From contig CAYGQE010000028.1 of NCBI GenBank assembly GCA_964351995.1, positions 3,980-67,979 on the forward strand: a DNA stretch of 64,000 nucleotides, written 5' to 3'. The first letter of the stretch is position 1. Each line of letters opens with the position of its first letter. The DNA comes from an uncultured Acidimicrobiaceae bacterium (lineage in GTDB: Bacteria > Actinomycetota > Acidimicrobiia > Acidimicrobiales > SZUA-35). Below are positions 10,481 through 19,888 of the stretch, in pieces. A program made the translations under genes and the position numbers. The notes below the pieces were generated by a model. That model did not search any database, was not told the DNA's origin, and saw only the letters and a program-made list of their open reading frames with translations.

Positions 10481-11509
10481 CTATGCGAACAGCCTCTCGC
10501 AGCCGGTGTCAGCAAGCACCGCGTCCACTCGCTCTCGGTCGTTGTCTTCCAGCGCAGCGTGAGCCTCGCGAAGCCATTGCAGGCACTTGCCCTGGTAGCC
10601 GAACGGACCTTGGCGATACTCGTGACCGTCGATCTCGCAGGTCATCTCGTCCGCCCCGGACATCAATGCTTCGGCGTTGGCGACCATGAACGGTGCGTAG
10701 GTGCGGCCGGCCTCTGCCAGGAGCTTGCTCGTGCCTGGATCGAGTGTGTCGAGTGGTGCCCACCCGTCATCGCCTTCGACCGGAAGCCATGCGAGGTCGT
10801 CCATGCGCTCGACCCAGTTGATGACCTTGGGGGCAATATCAATGGCGACCGCCGTCGAGGTCGGCTCCCATCGAACGAGCTGGGTGAGCTGGCCGTAGAG
10901 GCCGAAGTCGCCACGACCGGGTCGGTCGCCCAGCATGAAATCGCCGGACGCAAAGCGGGTGCTCATTGCCTCGAGTATCCGCCGGTACGAGTCTTCGATC
11001 AGCGGAGCGTTCCAGTCGGTCGAGCCCACGAGCGCCCGCCGCGTGATCTGGCGGTTGGTGATGAAGTCGTACATCTGCTGTGACTGATCCGAGTCGAGCT
11101 GCAGATCGCCTGAAAGTGGAAGGAGCTTGCCGGCTTTGTCGATGTCGGGTGCGTAGGCCCAGCGGTAGTGGTACATGGCTTTGGTCAGCCATTCGTCGGC
11201 GAAGTCCTCGATGAGGAGGTCGATGAAGGCAAGGGCAGGATCGGTTGGCGTGAGCGCTCGCCCGGAGTGTTCGCTCTCGAGTCGGGTGATCTGGGGAGAT
11301 GAATCGACAGTGATGTCCCCGTACCCAGTTCCGTCCTCGTTCGGGTAGGCAATGACGGGGATGATCGGGACCGGCGGTGCGGGCAGGTCGTCCCACTTCG
11401 AGGTTCTCAGCATCCAGCGGAACGGGATCTGGCGATAGCGGAGGACGCCTCGCATCTTCAACGTGTACGGCGAGCCGTACTGGCCAGCGAGAACGATGGG
11501 CTTGGTCAT
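10481..11509 (-). CDS. Glutathione S-transferase family protein
   Basis: GSPYTLKMR, DSSP, IEDFADEWL..HYRW and LGDRPGRGDFGLYGQL. Confidence 0.8.
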   Translation of the reverse strand: MTKPIVLAGQYGSPYTLKMRGVLRYRQIPFRWMLRTSKWDDLPAPPVPIIPVIAYPNEDGTGYGDITVDSSPQITRLESEHSGRALTPTDPALAFIDLLIEDFADEWLTKAMYHYRWAYAPDIDKAGKLLPLSGDLQLDSDQSQQMYDFITNRQITRRALVGSTDWNAPLIEDSYRRILEAMSTRFASGDFMLGDRPGRGDFGLYGQLTQLVRWEPTSTAVAIDIAPKVINWVERMDDLAWLPVEGDDGWAPLDTLDPGTSKLLAEAGRTYAPFMVANAEALMSGADEMTCEIDGHEYRQGPFGYQGKCLQWLREAHAALEDNDRERVDAVLADTGCERLFA

Positions 11510-11618
11510 GAGGCGAATCCTTCCACGGCGGCGAACGTACGTTGCTGTGTCGGCGAGTGCCAGTTGGAAGCGCAGGGGATCCCGAGCGGCGAGTACGGTG
11601 CGGCGTCGTGAGGCCGAC

Positions 11619-12755
11619 GTGGCGTTGGAGCGTGCAACGGTGACTCCTGTCGAATCTGATGAAGTGATCGTCGCCCGAGTCGAAGCTGACGATGTGCCGA
11701 TCGTGTGTGGCTACCAGACCTTGCGGGAGGTTGCGAGGGATTGGCGGGCGTACTCGTCGAACACGCCGTTCCGTGTCCCAATCCCCGATGAGTCTGACCT
11801 ACGGGACGTGCAGCAGTTCCCGATCGAGTCCGATCCTCCGGAACACCAGGCCTATCGCAAGCTGATCGAGGAGCGATTCAGTCGAACGGCGGCCGGCCGA
11901 TTGGCGTCGACGGTCGCTGACCTTGCCCGTTCGTCACTGTCCCCGTGGCCTGCGGGCGGACTTCGGGTCGTCGATGATCTTGCTCTGCCGATCGTCGCCC
12001 GGTCGATTGCCGAGACGCTCGGTCGGCCGGAGGATGCCAGCCGCATCGAGTCGTGGGGCGTCCACGTGTTCGTGAATCCTCGGACGGGACAGCGTGAGCG
12101 AAACCGCGATGTCGACGCGTATCTGAATGAGCGTGTCGACCATGCTCGAGCCAACGGTGCCGATGATCTCTTCGGCGACCTGGTCGAGGCCGAAGTGTTT
12201 GACCGCTTGCTCACTCGCGATGAGATGCTGGGTATCGGGTCGCTCGTTCTGGCGGGCGGTCGGGACACCGTGATCAACGCGATCGTTGGGGCGCTCTGGT
12301 TCCTGGCCTCACACGAAGCGGAGCGTCAGCAACTCCGCGCCGACCCCAGCTTGATTCCAGCGGCGGTGGAAGAGTTCCTCCGATACTTCTCACCACTTCC
12401 GTTCATTGGCCGGACCGCCGTTGCTGAGGGTGAGGTGCATGGTTGTCCCATCGCCTCAGGGGCACGGATCGGCCTCGGGTTTGCCGCTGCCAATCATGAC
12501 CCTCGAGCGTTCGATGGTCCTGAACGGATCGCAATGCAGCGTCGACCGAATCGTCACGTCGCGTTCGGCCATGGCCCTCACACCTGCGTTGGTGCTCCGC
12601 TGGCTCGCACGGAACTCGCTGTGACGATCGAGCACTTCGTTGCCGCCGCTCCGGAGCACGTCGAGGCATCGAGGCCATGGACGCCCCGCCCTGCCAGCGC
12701 CTCGCTTTCCACCGACTGGATCCCGCAAGACCTGCGGCTCTCGGTTGGCGGTTGA
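11619..12755 (+). CDS. Cytochrome P450 (start uncertain)
   Basis: AGGRDT I-helix, EEFLR (ExxR) and heme motif FGHGPHTCVG. Confidence 0.9.
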   Translation: MALERATVTPVESDEVIVARVEADDVPIVCGYQTLREVARDWRAYSSNTPFRVPIPDESDLRDVQQFPIESDPPEHQAYRKLIEERFSRTAAGRLASTVADLARSSLSPWPAGGLRVVDDLALPIVARSIAETLGRPEDASRIESWGVHVFVNPRTGQRERNRDVDAYLNERVDHARANGADDLFGDLVEAEVFDRLLTRDEMLGIGSLVLAGGRDTVINAIVGALWFLASHEAERQQLRADPSLIPAAVEEFLRYFSPLPFIGRTAVAEGEVHGCPIASGARIGLGFAAANHDPRAFDGPERIAMQRRPNRHVAFGHGPHTCVGAPLARTELAVTIEHFVAAAPEHVEASRPWTPRPASASLSTDWIPQDLRLSVGG

Positions 12756-12770
12756 GTCGGCGAAACGGGG

Positions 12771-13250
12771 TCAGAGGCGATCGGGAGTGAAGTTCTCGTG
12801 GTCGCAGAGGGTTGTGGCGACCTTCGACAAGGCAGTCGCCAAGCCAGCGGTCTCGGCGTCGTCGAGGTGGTCGAAGATGAGGCGTTGGACGTCGTCGACG
12901 TGGGTTGGGGCCACGGTGTCGAGCAGTTGTTGCCCGGCTGTGGTCAGCGTTGCGTTCTTGCCTCGACCGTCCTCGGCGTCGGCGGTGATGTCGACGAGGT
13001 CTCGCTCGGTCATCGTGCGGAGGCGATGGGTCAGTCGGCTTTGCGACAGGTTCGCATTGTCGGCCAGGTCTGACAGACGCATGGTGTGGTCGGGAGCGTC
13101 CGAAAGAGTGAAGAGGATCGAGTAGTGCACGACGAGCAAGCCGTGAGCTTTGAGTGTTCGCTCGAGTTGCGGCAAGCCTCGATTGACGAGCACCAGGAGT
13201 GCGCGCCAGGCCTGGGCCTGTGTCTCATCGAGCCATCGCGGTTCATCCAT
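12771..13250 (-). CDS. MarR family regulator
   Basis: MRLSDLA..LSQSRLTH winged helix and DGRG wing. Confidence 0.9.
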   Translation of the reverse strand: MDEPRWLDETQAQAWRALLVLVNRGLPQLERTLKAHGLLVVHYSILFTLSDAPDHTMRLSDLADNANLSQSRLTHRLRTMTERDLVDITADAEDGRGKNATLTTAGQQLLDTVAPTHVDDVQRLIFDHLDDAETAGLATALSKVATTLCDHENFTPDRL

Positions 13251-13281
13251 GCTCCGACACTAGCCCTTCTGACGAAATTGG

Positions 13282-13339
13282 TTGACACGGCAAGTTCTTC
13301 TGATAGCTTGACTCTTCAAGTAGATAGTTGACCTGTCAA
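13282..13339. promoter_or_regulatory. Three putative MarR operators (TTGAC-N4-CAA)
   Basis: TTGACACGGCAA at 13282, TTGACTCTTCAA at 13308 and TTGACCTGTCAA at 13328, between divergent marR and pirin. Confidence 0.7.
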
Positions 13340-13346
13340 GCAAAGG

Positions 13347-14243
13347 ATGCATGTGGCTACATTCCGAAGTGTCGAACGAATCATTCCGGCGTCCAGCACG
13401 ATCGAAGGTGGCGGCTTCGAGGTGTATCGCCCATTCCCGGGACGGTTGGCCGATTGGTTCGACCCGTTCTTGTTGCTCGACGAGATGGCGCCGAACTACG
13501 TCGAGCCGGGCGCAGCCGTGGGTGCTCCCCCTCACCCGCATCGAGGCTTCGAGACCGTCACCTACATCTTGCAGGGCGAAGTCGAGCACCGAGATTCTGC
13601 GGGAAACCATGGGCTCATCGGGCCAGGCGACGTCCAGTGGATGACGGCTGGTGACGGCATTGTCCACTCAGAGATGCCGAGTGCACGGGTGCAAACAGAG
13701 GGCGGTGTCGGGCACGGGCTCCAGTTGTGGGTGAATCTGCCAGCGGCGCTGCGCCGTACGCAACCGAGATATCAAGCGCTGGTTGCCGATGGTATGGCCG
13801 AGGTCGCCGGCACTGGATGGACCGCACACGTCGTCGCCGGCTCGATGCTCGGAGTCGAGGGCCCGGCAGAAACGCACACACCCATCGGGTTCGCACGGGT
13901 CACCATGCAGCCAGGTGCGACGCTGAGCATCCCTGTCATCGAGGGGCACACCGCCTTGGTCTATTCCTTTGCCGGCACCGCCTCGATTGGCTCGCCGGGT
14001 CACGGCCAGCTTGCAGCGCACCATCTCGCTGTGCTCACGCGAGATGGTGACGAGTTGACCCTGGTCGTCGCCGACGACGCCGACCGTCCGTTCGATTGCG
14101 TTGTCCTGACCGGCGAACCCATCAACGAACCGATGGTGCGCTACGGGCCATTCGTCATGAACACCGAAGACGAGATCGCCGAGGCGATCACCGATTTCAA
14201 CGCCGGACGGATGGGCACGATCACCGCCGTCGGCACCGTCTGA
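13347..14243 (+). CDS. Pirin family protein
   Basis: DPFLLLD, HPHRGFETVTY, GIVHSE, LQLWVNLP and GPFVMN. Confidence 0.95.
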   Translation: MHVATFRSVERIIPASSTIEGGGFEVYRPFPGRLADWFDPFLLLDEMAPNYVEPGAAVGAPPHPHRGFETVTYILQGEVEHRDSAGNHGLIGPGDVQWMTAGDGIVHSEMPSARVQTEGGVGHGLQLWVNLPAALRRTQPRYQALVADGMAEVAGTGWTAHVVAGSMLGVEGPAETHTPIGFARVTMQPGATLSIPVIEGHTALVYSFAGTASIGSPGHGQLAAHHLAVLTRDGDELTLVVADDADRPFDCVVLTGEPINEPMVRYGPFVMNTEDEIAEAITDFNAGRMGTITAVGTV

Positions 14244-14296
14244 TCCACCGATCTTCCACCTAAACCCTCACCCGAAGAACCATTGGAGTCTCACCC

Positions 14297-14857
14297 ATGA
14301 AACTGCTTGCCTTTGCCGCCACGACCAACACCCAGTCGGTCAATCGACAGCTGATCGACTACGCCAGCGAACTGCTCGGCGATGGTCTGGTCGCTGACGT
14401 CACCATCGAGATCATCGATCTCAACGACTACGAGATGCCGATCTACAGCGCTGATCGTGAGCTCGCCGGCGGAGTTCCCGATCTCGCTCAGGAGTTCTAC
14501 GCCAAGATCGGCGAGGCCGATGCCGTGATGGTGTCCTTCGCCGAACACAACGGTTTCTACACCGCTGCCTACAAGAACATCTTTGACTGGGCGTCGAGGA
14601 TCGACATGCGGGTCTACCAAGACAAACCAACGGTCCTCTTTGCGACTTCTCCCGGTCCCCGAGGTGGCGGCAACGTTTTGCAGACCGCCGTGATGTCCGG
14701 GCAATTCTTCGGCTACGACGTGAAGGCCAGCCTCTCGATCCCGAGCTTCTACGAGAACTTCGACAGCGAGGCCGGGAAGTTGACCGATCCCGATCTCGAC
14801 GCACAGTTCCGTTCGGCATTGGCGACGCTCGGCAGCGCAGCGGAGGTGGCAGCATGA
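14297..14857 (+). CDS. NADPH-dependent FMN reductase
   Basis: Flavodoxin-like fold; AEHNG..KNIFDWASR and TSPGPRGG. Confidence 0.88.
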   Translation: MKLLAFAATTNTQSVNRQLIDYASELLGDGLVADVTIEIIDLNDYEMPIYSADRELAGGVPDLAQEFYAKIGEADAVMVSFAEHNGFYTAAYKNIFDWASRIDMRVYQDKPTVLFATSPGPRGGGNVLQTAVMSGQFFGYDVKASLSIPSFYENFDSEAGKLTDPDLDAQFRSALATLGSAAEVAA

Positions 14858-15369
14858 CCGACATGACCACGCTCCCAACCGGCATCTGGGCGATCGACCC
14901 CTCTGCCACGACGGTGACGATCTCGGTCACCAAGCTCGGCTTCGTCAAGGTTCCGGCAACGCTCACGGTCCTTTCTGGAAGCGTCGAGATCGACGGCAGT
15001 CATGAGGTGGTGAACGTCGAGATCATCGCTGATGCTGCGTCTTACACGAGCAAGAACCCGAAACGCAACGAACATGTGATCGGCCCCGACTTCCTGGATG
15101 CAGCGAGCCACCCCGCCATCGTCTTTCGGGCAGATCGCGTCGTCGAGGGTTCCAACGGCTACGTCGCCGCAGGCACCGTGACGATGAAAGGCCAGTCAGC
15201 TCCGGTCGAGGTCACGGTGTCGAATGTCGAGGTCAGTGGCGAAGCTGGCTCGTTCACCGCAGCGGCCACGGTCGACCGGAAGAGCATCGGTGTGGACAAG
15301 ATGCCGTCCTTCGTCATTGGACGCGAGCTCCAGTTGACGGTCGAAGCGAAGGCGACCTTGACATCGTGA
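14854..15369 (+). CDS. YceI family protein
   Basis: WAIDP, RNEHV..DFLDA..HPAIVF. Confidence 0.85.
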   Translation: MTDMTTLPTGIWAIDPSATTVTISVTKLGFVKVPATLTVLSGSVEIDGSHEVVNVEIIADAASYTSKNPKRNEHVIGPDFLDAASHPAIVFRADRVVEGSNGYVAAGTVTMKGQSAPVEVTVSNVEVSGEAGSFTAAATVDRKSIGVDKMPSFVIGRELQLTVEAKATLTS

Positions 15370-15428
15370 ACGCATGACTCCGCTGAGTGGGACGGCCCTG
15401 AGAACCTCCGGCTGAGTGGTCGGCGGCG

Positions 15429-16358
15429 TTACATCGTGTCGATGGCTTGCAGCTTCTCGAGGAGGTAGTCGCCAGCGAGGATCGGTTCGTAGGTCGCGGG
15501 CCCTCCAACGTCGAGTGTTTCGACGAGAGCGTCGGCAGCGATACCGCAGAACAACACGAGTGAGAGCAATTGCTCACCGGGATCCTCTGCGCTCGGCGGG
15601 AGGACACGGTGCACCGTCGAGCGCCATCGGTCGCCGGTCCACCGGGCCAGCAGATCGCCAACGTTCACGGTCAACGCTCCTTCGATGTAGGGGGCATCAA
15701 CCCACTCCCCATCAACGGTCTGTAGTTGCAGCCCGCCGTAGCCAACTTGGCGGTCGAGGAGGGTGAGAACACCGAAGTCGCTGTGCGGACCGATGCGGAA
15801 CTGTCCGGGCAGCGGCGTACCCACACTCTCGAGGGCCGGGTACCAATTCAGATTCAGGGATGATTCTTCGGCGGAGGCGTCGCCTGTCAACGTGCCCGGC
15901 TCCAGCTTCAGCGCGTCATTGAACAGGTCGAAGCAGTCGAGTGCGAGCCGCCAGGCCTTGGAGAGGTACGCCTCGGCGGCTGGGCGCAGGGTCGGTACCT
16001 CATCAGGCCAGCGGTTCGCCATCGGTGAATCATCGAGGTAGTACCCGGCCTTGAAGGTCTCTTTGAGGTCGGGCGGTGACTCCTCACCCGACGCATAGGC
16101 ATTTGCCTCAGCTCCGGGTGGGATCCAGCCTCGTTCGCCCACGCGTGCCTGCAGCGCAGCCTTCTGCTCGGGCTCGAGGGTGAAGAAGTGATGAGCCTCT
16201 TGCCGCACGGCAGCAGCAAGGGCGGTGGGAACTCCATGGTTGATGAGCATGAGGAAGCCCGATGTGCAAAGCGCATCGTCGACCTGTGCTGCGATGGTTG
16301 CTCGTGTTGCGTCGTCACCAGATCGCCAGGCACCGATATCAATCGTTGGGACGGTCAT
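15429..16358 (-). CDS. Isopenicillin N synthase-family Fe(II) dioxygenase 1
   Basis: VPTIDI, GF..INHGV, DLKE, HSD..H facial triad. The RxS Arg is replaced (LLS). Confidence 0.88.
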   Translation of the reverse strand: MTVPTIDIGAWRSGDDATRATIAAQVDDALCTSGFLMLINHGVPTALAAAVRQEAHHFFTLEPEQKAALQARVGERGWIPPGAEANAYASGEESPPDLKETFKAGYYLDDSPMANRWPDEVPTLRPAAEAYLSKAWRLALDCFDLFNDALKLEPGTLTGDASAEESSLNLNWYPALESVGTPLPGQFRIGPHSDFGVLTLLDRQVGYGGLQLQTVDGEWVDAPYIEGALTVNVGDLLARWTGDRWRSTVHRVLPPSAEDPGEQLLSLVLFCGIAADALVETLDVGGPATYEPILAGDYLLEKLQAIDTM

Positions 16359-17374
16359 CCGGGCTCCTTGTTGACCATTTCGTCCAGCAAACGTCGGTAC
16401 GCCACGCTCAGCCGATCGGCACGGGTGTGGACCTCGACCTTTGGATCGAGGTGCAACACGTTCGCCCCGAATCGTTCGAGCACGTCGAGGTCTTCGTCAA
16501 GCACGCGATCTTCGAAGTCGAGCATGTCGGCGATCAGTTCTGGGTCGCCAGCAAAGTCGTTGCGGGCCATCACTTTGAAGATGCGCGTGGACTCGTTCGA
16601 CTCTGGTTGCATCGCGTAGAGGATCGAGATGACCTGATCAGTCAGTGGAAAGCCCAGACGCATATACACCGAGAACGGTGCGAGCGCCGTCTTGTCGATG
16701 GTGTGCGGCTGTGCCAACTCGTGCTCACCGGTCGCAACCAGTGGGTCGTCGTGATTCATGTACCACGTCGTGTAGTGGGTCGACGCAGTCCAGTCGTTGC
16801 TGATCACCTCGGTGTTCTCGACCTCGGTGTTCTCGGGTACTCCGAAGGTCGATACGTGGACGGTCGCGAAGTGGGTTGCATCGACGAAGTTGTCCATGAG
16901 TTGGGCCGCTCCAGCCGTCGTCCGCCGAGGCACTGTGTGAATCTGATCGAAGCTGGCGAGGTCCCACTCGGGGATCTCGGGAAGCGGCAGAACGGGCTCG
17001 TCGGGAGCGATCCAGACCATGCCGAGATACTCGGCGACCCCGTGAGGCATCGAGGCCCGGGCCCGGGGTGGAATCGCGGTCGTCTCAGGGGCTGAAGGAA
17101 CGCGAACACAGGCACCGTCGACACCAAACCGCCAGCCGTGATACCGACATTGCAGCGTGTTGCCCACAACCGACCCGATGCTCAAGGGAGCAAGGCGATG
17201 CGGGCACTGGTCTCGGGCGACGAACAGCTCACCGTTGAGTCGCACGACGACCCACGGCTCTCCAAGGAGCAAGACGCTGATGGGTTCGGTCGTGACTTCA
17301 GACGACAGAGCGACCGGAAGCCAGGCCCGACCAAGGCCCGGTGTGACGTTGTCAACGTATGTGTGGGTCATCAC
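16355..17374 (-). CDS. Rieske non-heme iron oxygenase (VanA/NdmA-like demethylase class)
   Basis: CPHR..CRYHG Rieske motif, DNFVDATHFATVH mononuclear Fe site and EDL. Confidence 0.9.
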   Translation of the reverse strand: MMTHTYVDNVTPGLGRAWLPVALSSEVTTEPISVLLLGEPWVVVRLNGELFVARDQCPHRLAPLSIGSVVGNTLQCRYHGWRFGVDGACVRVPSAPETTAIPPRARASMPHGVAEYLGMVWIAPDEPVLPLPEIPEWDLASFDQIHTVPRRTTAGAAQLMDNFVDATHFATVHVSTFGVPENTEVENTEVISNDWTASTHYTTWYMNHDDPLVATGEHELAQPHTIDKTALAPFSVYMRLGFPLTDQVISILYAMQPESNESTRIFKVMARNDFAGDPELIADMLDFEDRVLDEDLDVLERFGANVLHLDPKVEVHTRADRLSVAYRRLLDEMVNKEPG

Positions 17375-18234
17375 CCGACCGCTGTGTCGATAGCGACGAG
17401 CTTGTCGATCAGGAACTGCACGGCGTCCATCGGTTCGTCGTCGGGTCGACCGATCGGTTGAAGAACGGCACCCATGGCGGTTTCCAAGAACAGCACGAGT
17501 GACAGGCGCCCTTCTCGAGCCGCCTCACCTGTCGGTGCGGGAATACGATGCGGATTCGAGCGCCAACGTCCACCAGACCAGTAGGCAACCTGATCGCCGG
17601 TGTTGACGATCAATGCGTCGGGGACGTGAGGAAGGTCGGCCCACGTGCCATCGACGAGTTCGACTTGGAGCGGAGGGTCCGAGGCCTCTCGCTGCAGGAT
17701 GGTGATCGTTCCAAAATCGCTGTGTGGTCCGATGCGGAACTGGCCTGGCTCGGGCTCAAGAACGTCGTCACCGTCTGTCATCGGGGGATACCACGTGAGG
17801 TTCAGGTTGTGCAGCGGTGGTGTGCACTGCAGATTGAAGGTCTCGGGCGGGAGATCGGCGGCCACCGCCCCAGGAGCACACGGTCCGACGGTCCAGGTCT
17901 CTTTCAGATCAGGAGGGCTCGCCTTCCCGCTTGCGTAGGCGTTGGCCTCCGCTCCGATGGGCGTCCATCCGGGACCTCCGATGCCATCACCTTGGCGATA
18001 GCGGAGCTTGTTCTCGGCCGGTAGCGCGAACACGTCGGCACAGGCGCTTCGCACATCGTCGATGAGATCGTTGGCGACACCGTGGTTCGTGATGATGAGG
18101 AAGCCCACTTCTGTGAGCGCAGTATCGACGGCCTCAGCGGTTTGGCGACGCTCCTCGGGGTCGCCTGACCGCCACTGCTCCATGTCGATCAACGGGACAA
18201 TGCTGGCCGCGGGGGAATCGTCTGTCTTCGTCAT
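17371..18234 (-). CDS. IPNS-family dioxygenase 2 with apparent internal in-frame deletion
   Basis: HSD..H and RLS present; lacks the NxWP plus helix segment present in both paralogs. Confidence 0.8.
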   Translation of the reverse strand: MTKTDDSPAASIVPLIDMEQWRSGDPEERRQTAEAVDTALTEVGFLIITNHGVANDLIDDVRSACADVFALPAENKLRYRQGDGIGGPGWTPIGAEANAYASGKASPPDLKETWTVGPCAPGAVAADLPPETFNLQCTPPLHNLNLTWYPPMTDGDDVLEPEPGQFRIGPHSDFGTITILQREASDPPLQVELVDGTWADLPHVPDALIVNTGDQVAYWSGGRWRSNPHRIPAPTGEAAREGRLSLVLFLETAMGAVLQPIGRPDDEPMDAVQFLIDKLVAIDTAVG

Positions 18235-19295
18235 GGTTGATGCTCCTTGACCTCTTGGGTGCGGTCGCTGACGCCGATGATGTGATCTGCCCGATCACCG
18301 ACGGTGCTGGTGGCCTCGGAAGCCGAGAGTGTCTTCGGGCCAACCACCTTTCCGGTCAGGTGATCACCGACCGAGAAGGGCTCGTACTGCACCGGGTTCG
18401 AGCCATCGACACATGTTGGTAGCGGCTCGACGATCACGTCGGGGTTGGCTTCATGGAAGTAGGCAAACGAGCGCCGCTTCGCTGCACCATCGAAATCTGA
18501 GGGAGGAGGCACGACGCGGTGAAGGGTCGATCGCCAGCGATCGTTGGTCCAGGCTGCCAACAGGTCACCGATGTTCACGAGGAAGGTGCCGGGCGTGGGC
18601 ACGACCTCGTGCCAGGCGCCATCGAGCCCGAGAATCTGCAGTCCGGGAACCGGATCGGCCAGCAGGATTGTGCACGTGCCGTAGTCCGAGTGTGCGCCCA
18701 ACCTCAGCTGTCCTTCGAGTGGTTCGGGATCGCCCAGCCGCCGTTCGTAGTTGATGCCGCGGAGTACGTCTGGTGAACGGTCGGCACAGTCTTGGAGCCA
18801 ATGGGCATCAAGACCGAGCGCCACGGCAAAGATGCCGAGCATCCGGTCGGACAGTTCGTACATGGCTTCTGCGTAGGCCAGCCAGGCCGAGCGGAAGTCA
18901 CTCGGCGACTCTGGCCAGACGTCGTTGGCCCACAGGGAGCCCGCTGATTCGTCGATGCCGAGCAGCTCACCAACGCCGATATTGAACGCCTCGAAGAGAT
19001 CAGGTGGGGTGTCGACCCCGATGCTGTAGGAAAGCGCTTCGCGTCCCGGTGGGGTGTAGCCCCGGTCGATCTCGGGCGCCGTGACGTACTGGAGTTTCTC
19101 TCCTTCAGGCAACGCGAAGAACTGGCCGCTGACCTCGAAAAGCCGGTCGATGAGTTCTGGGTCGACGCCGTGGCCGTCGATCTTCAGGAACCCGATCGTT
19201 CGGCAGGCGGCATCGACAGCCTCAGCAATCGCACGGTCACGCTGCGGATCGCTGTTCCAGTCGCTGATGTCGATGGTGGGGACGTCCATACTCAC
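18231..19295 (-). CDS. IPNS-family 2OG-Fe(II) dioxygenase 3
   Basis: HSDYG, STLHRV and RRS motifs. Confidence 0.9.
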   Translation of the reverse strand: MSMDVPTIDISDWNSDPQRDRAIAEAVDAACRTIGFLKIDGHGVDPELIDRLFEVSGQFFALPEGEKLQYVTAPEIDRGYTPPGREALSYSIGVDTPPDLFEAFNIGVGELLGIDESAGSLWANDVWPESPSDFRSAWLAYAEAMYELSDRMLGIFAVALGLDAHWLQDCADRSPDVLRGINYERRLGDPEPLEGQLRLGAHSDYGTCTILLADPVPGLQILGLDGAWHEVVPTPGTFLVNIGDLLAAWTNDRWRSTLHRVVPPPSDFDGAAKRRSFAYFHEANPDVIVEPLPTCVDGSNPVQYEPFSVGDHLTGKVVGPKTLSASEATSTVGDRADHIIGVSDRTQEVKEHQP

Positions 19296-19888
19296 GCCGA
19301 CGGTGGATCGAGTTCGAGGTACATCGCAAGCAACTCATCTCGCGGGCCCACATCCCGATCTTCGACCTCAGGCCGGATTTCGGTGCCGGTGGCAAACCAG
19401 TCGTACATCGTCCGGCCCATCTCTTGCCCGCGTCGAGTGTGGATGCACAGGGCAACGTCGGGGATCGTCGGGGCGGTGTCGTTGTGGAGAGCGAGCTGCA
19501 TCAGCTCGCCGTTGATGGGGTCCTTGATGGTTCTGGCCAGGTAGCCGGCCGCCTGAGCGGCGAAAACGAGACGGTCGTAGGACCCGGGCTCGGTGTCATC
19601 AGCGCTGTCGTGGAGGGCTTTGACGATCGTGATCGACGCCGGTTCGCCCATGCCGATGTCCTCGGCGGCGAGGACTTGCAGTCGTCGCCACATCTCAGCC
19701 TCGTGTTCGGCATCAGTCCGGGCCATTTCGAGTGCAGCGAGGATCGCCTGTTCCGCATCGCCTAGCCGTACGTACTTATGGATCGATGAGCGAACCTCGT
19801 CGCTGGGGAGGCCATGGATGGTCTGCTTGCCGGCAAATGGATCGGTCGACCAGTGAGGGATGGGGCGTTCCCACTGCGGATCGTTCAT
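19292..19888 (-). CDS. Stand-alone MgsA/RarA C-terminal-like domain protein
   Basis: SSIHKYVRLGD..A and WRRLQVLAAEDIG resemble RarA SAxxKSxRGSD and RRLxxxAxEDIG. No Walker A motif. Confidence 0.65.
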   Translation of the reverse strand: MNDPQWERPIPHWSTDPFAGKQTIHGLPSDEVRSSIHKYVRLGDAEQAILAALEMARTDAEHEAEMWRRLQVLAAEDIGMGEPASITIVKALHDSADDTEPGSYDRLVFAAQAAGYLARTIKDPINGELMQLALHNDTAPTIPDVALCIHTRRGQEMGRTMYDWFATGTEIRPEVEDRDVGPRDELLAMYLELDPPSA

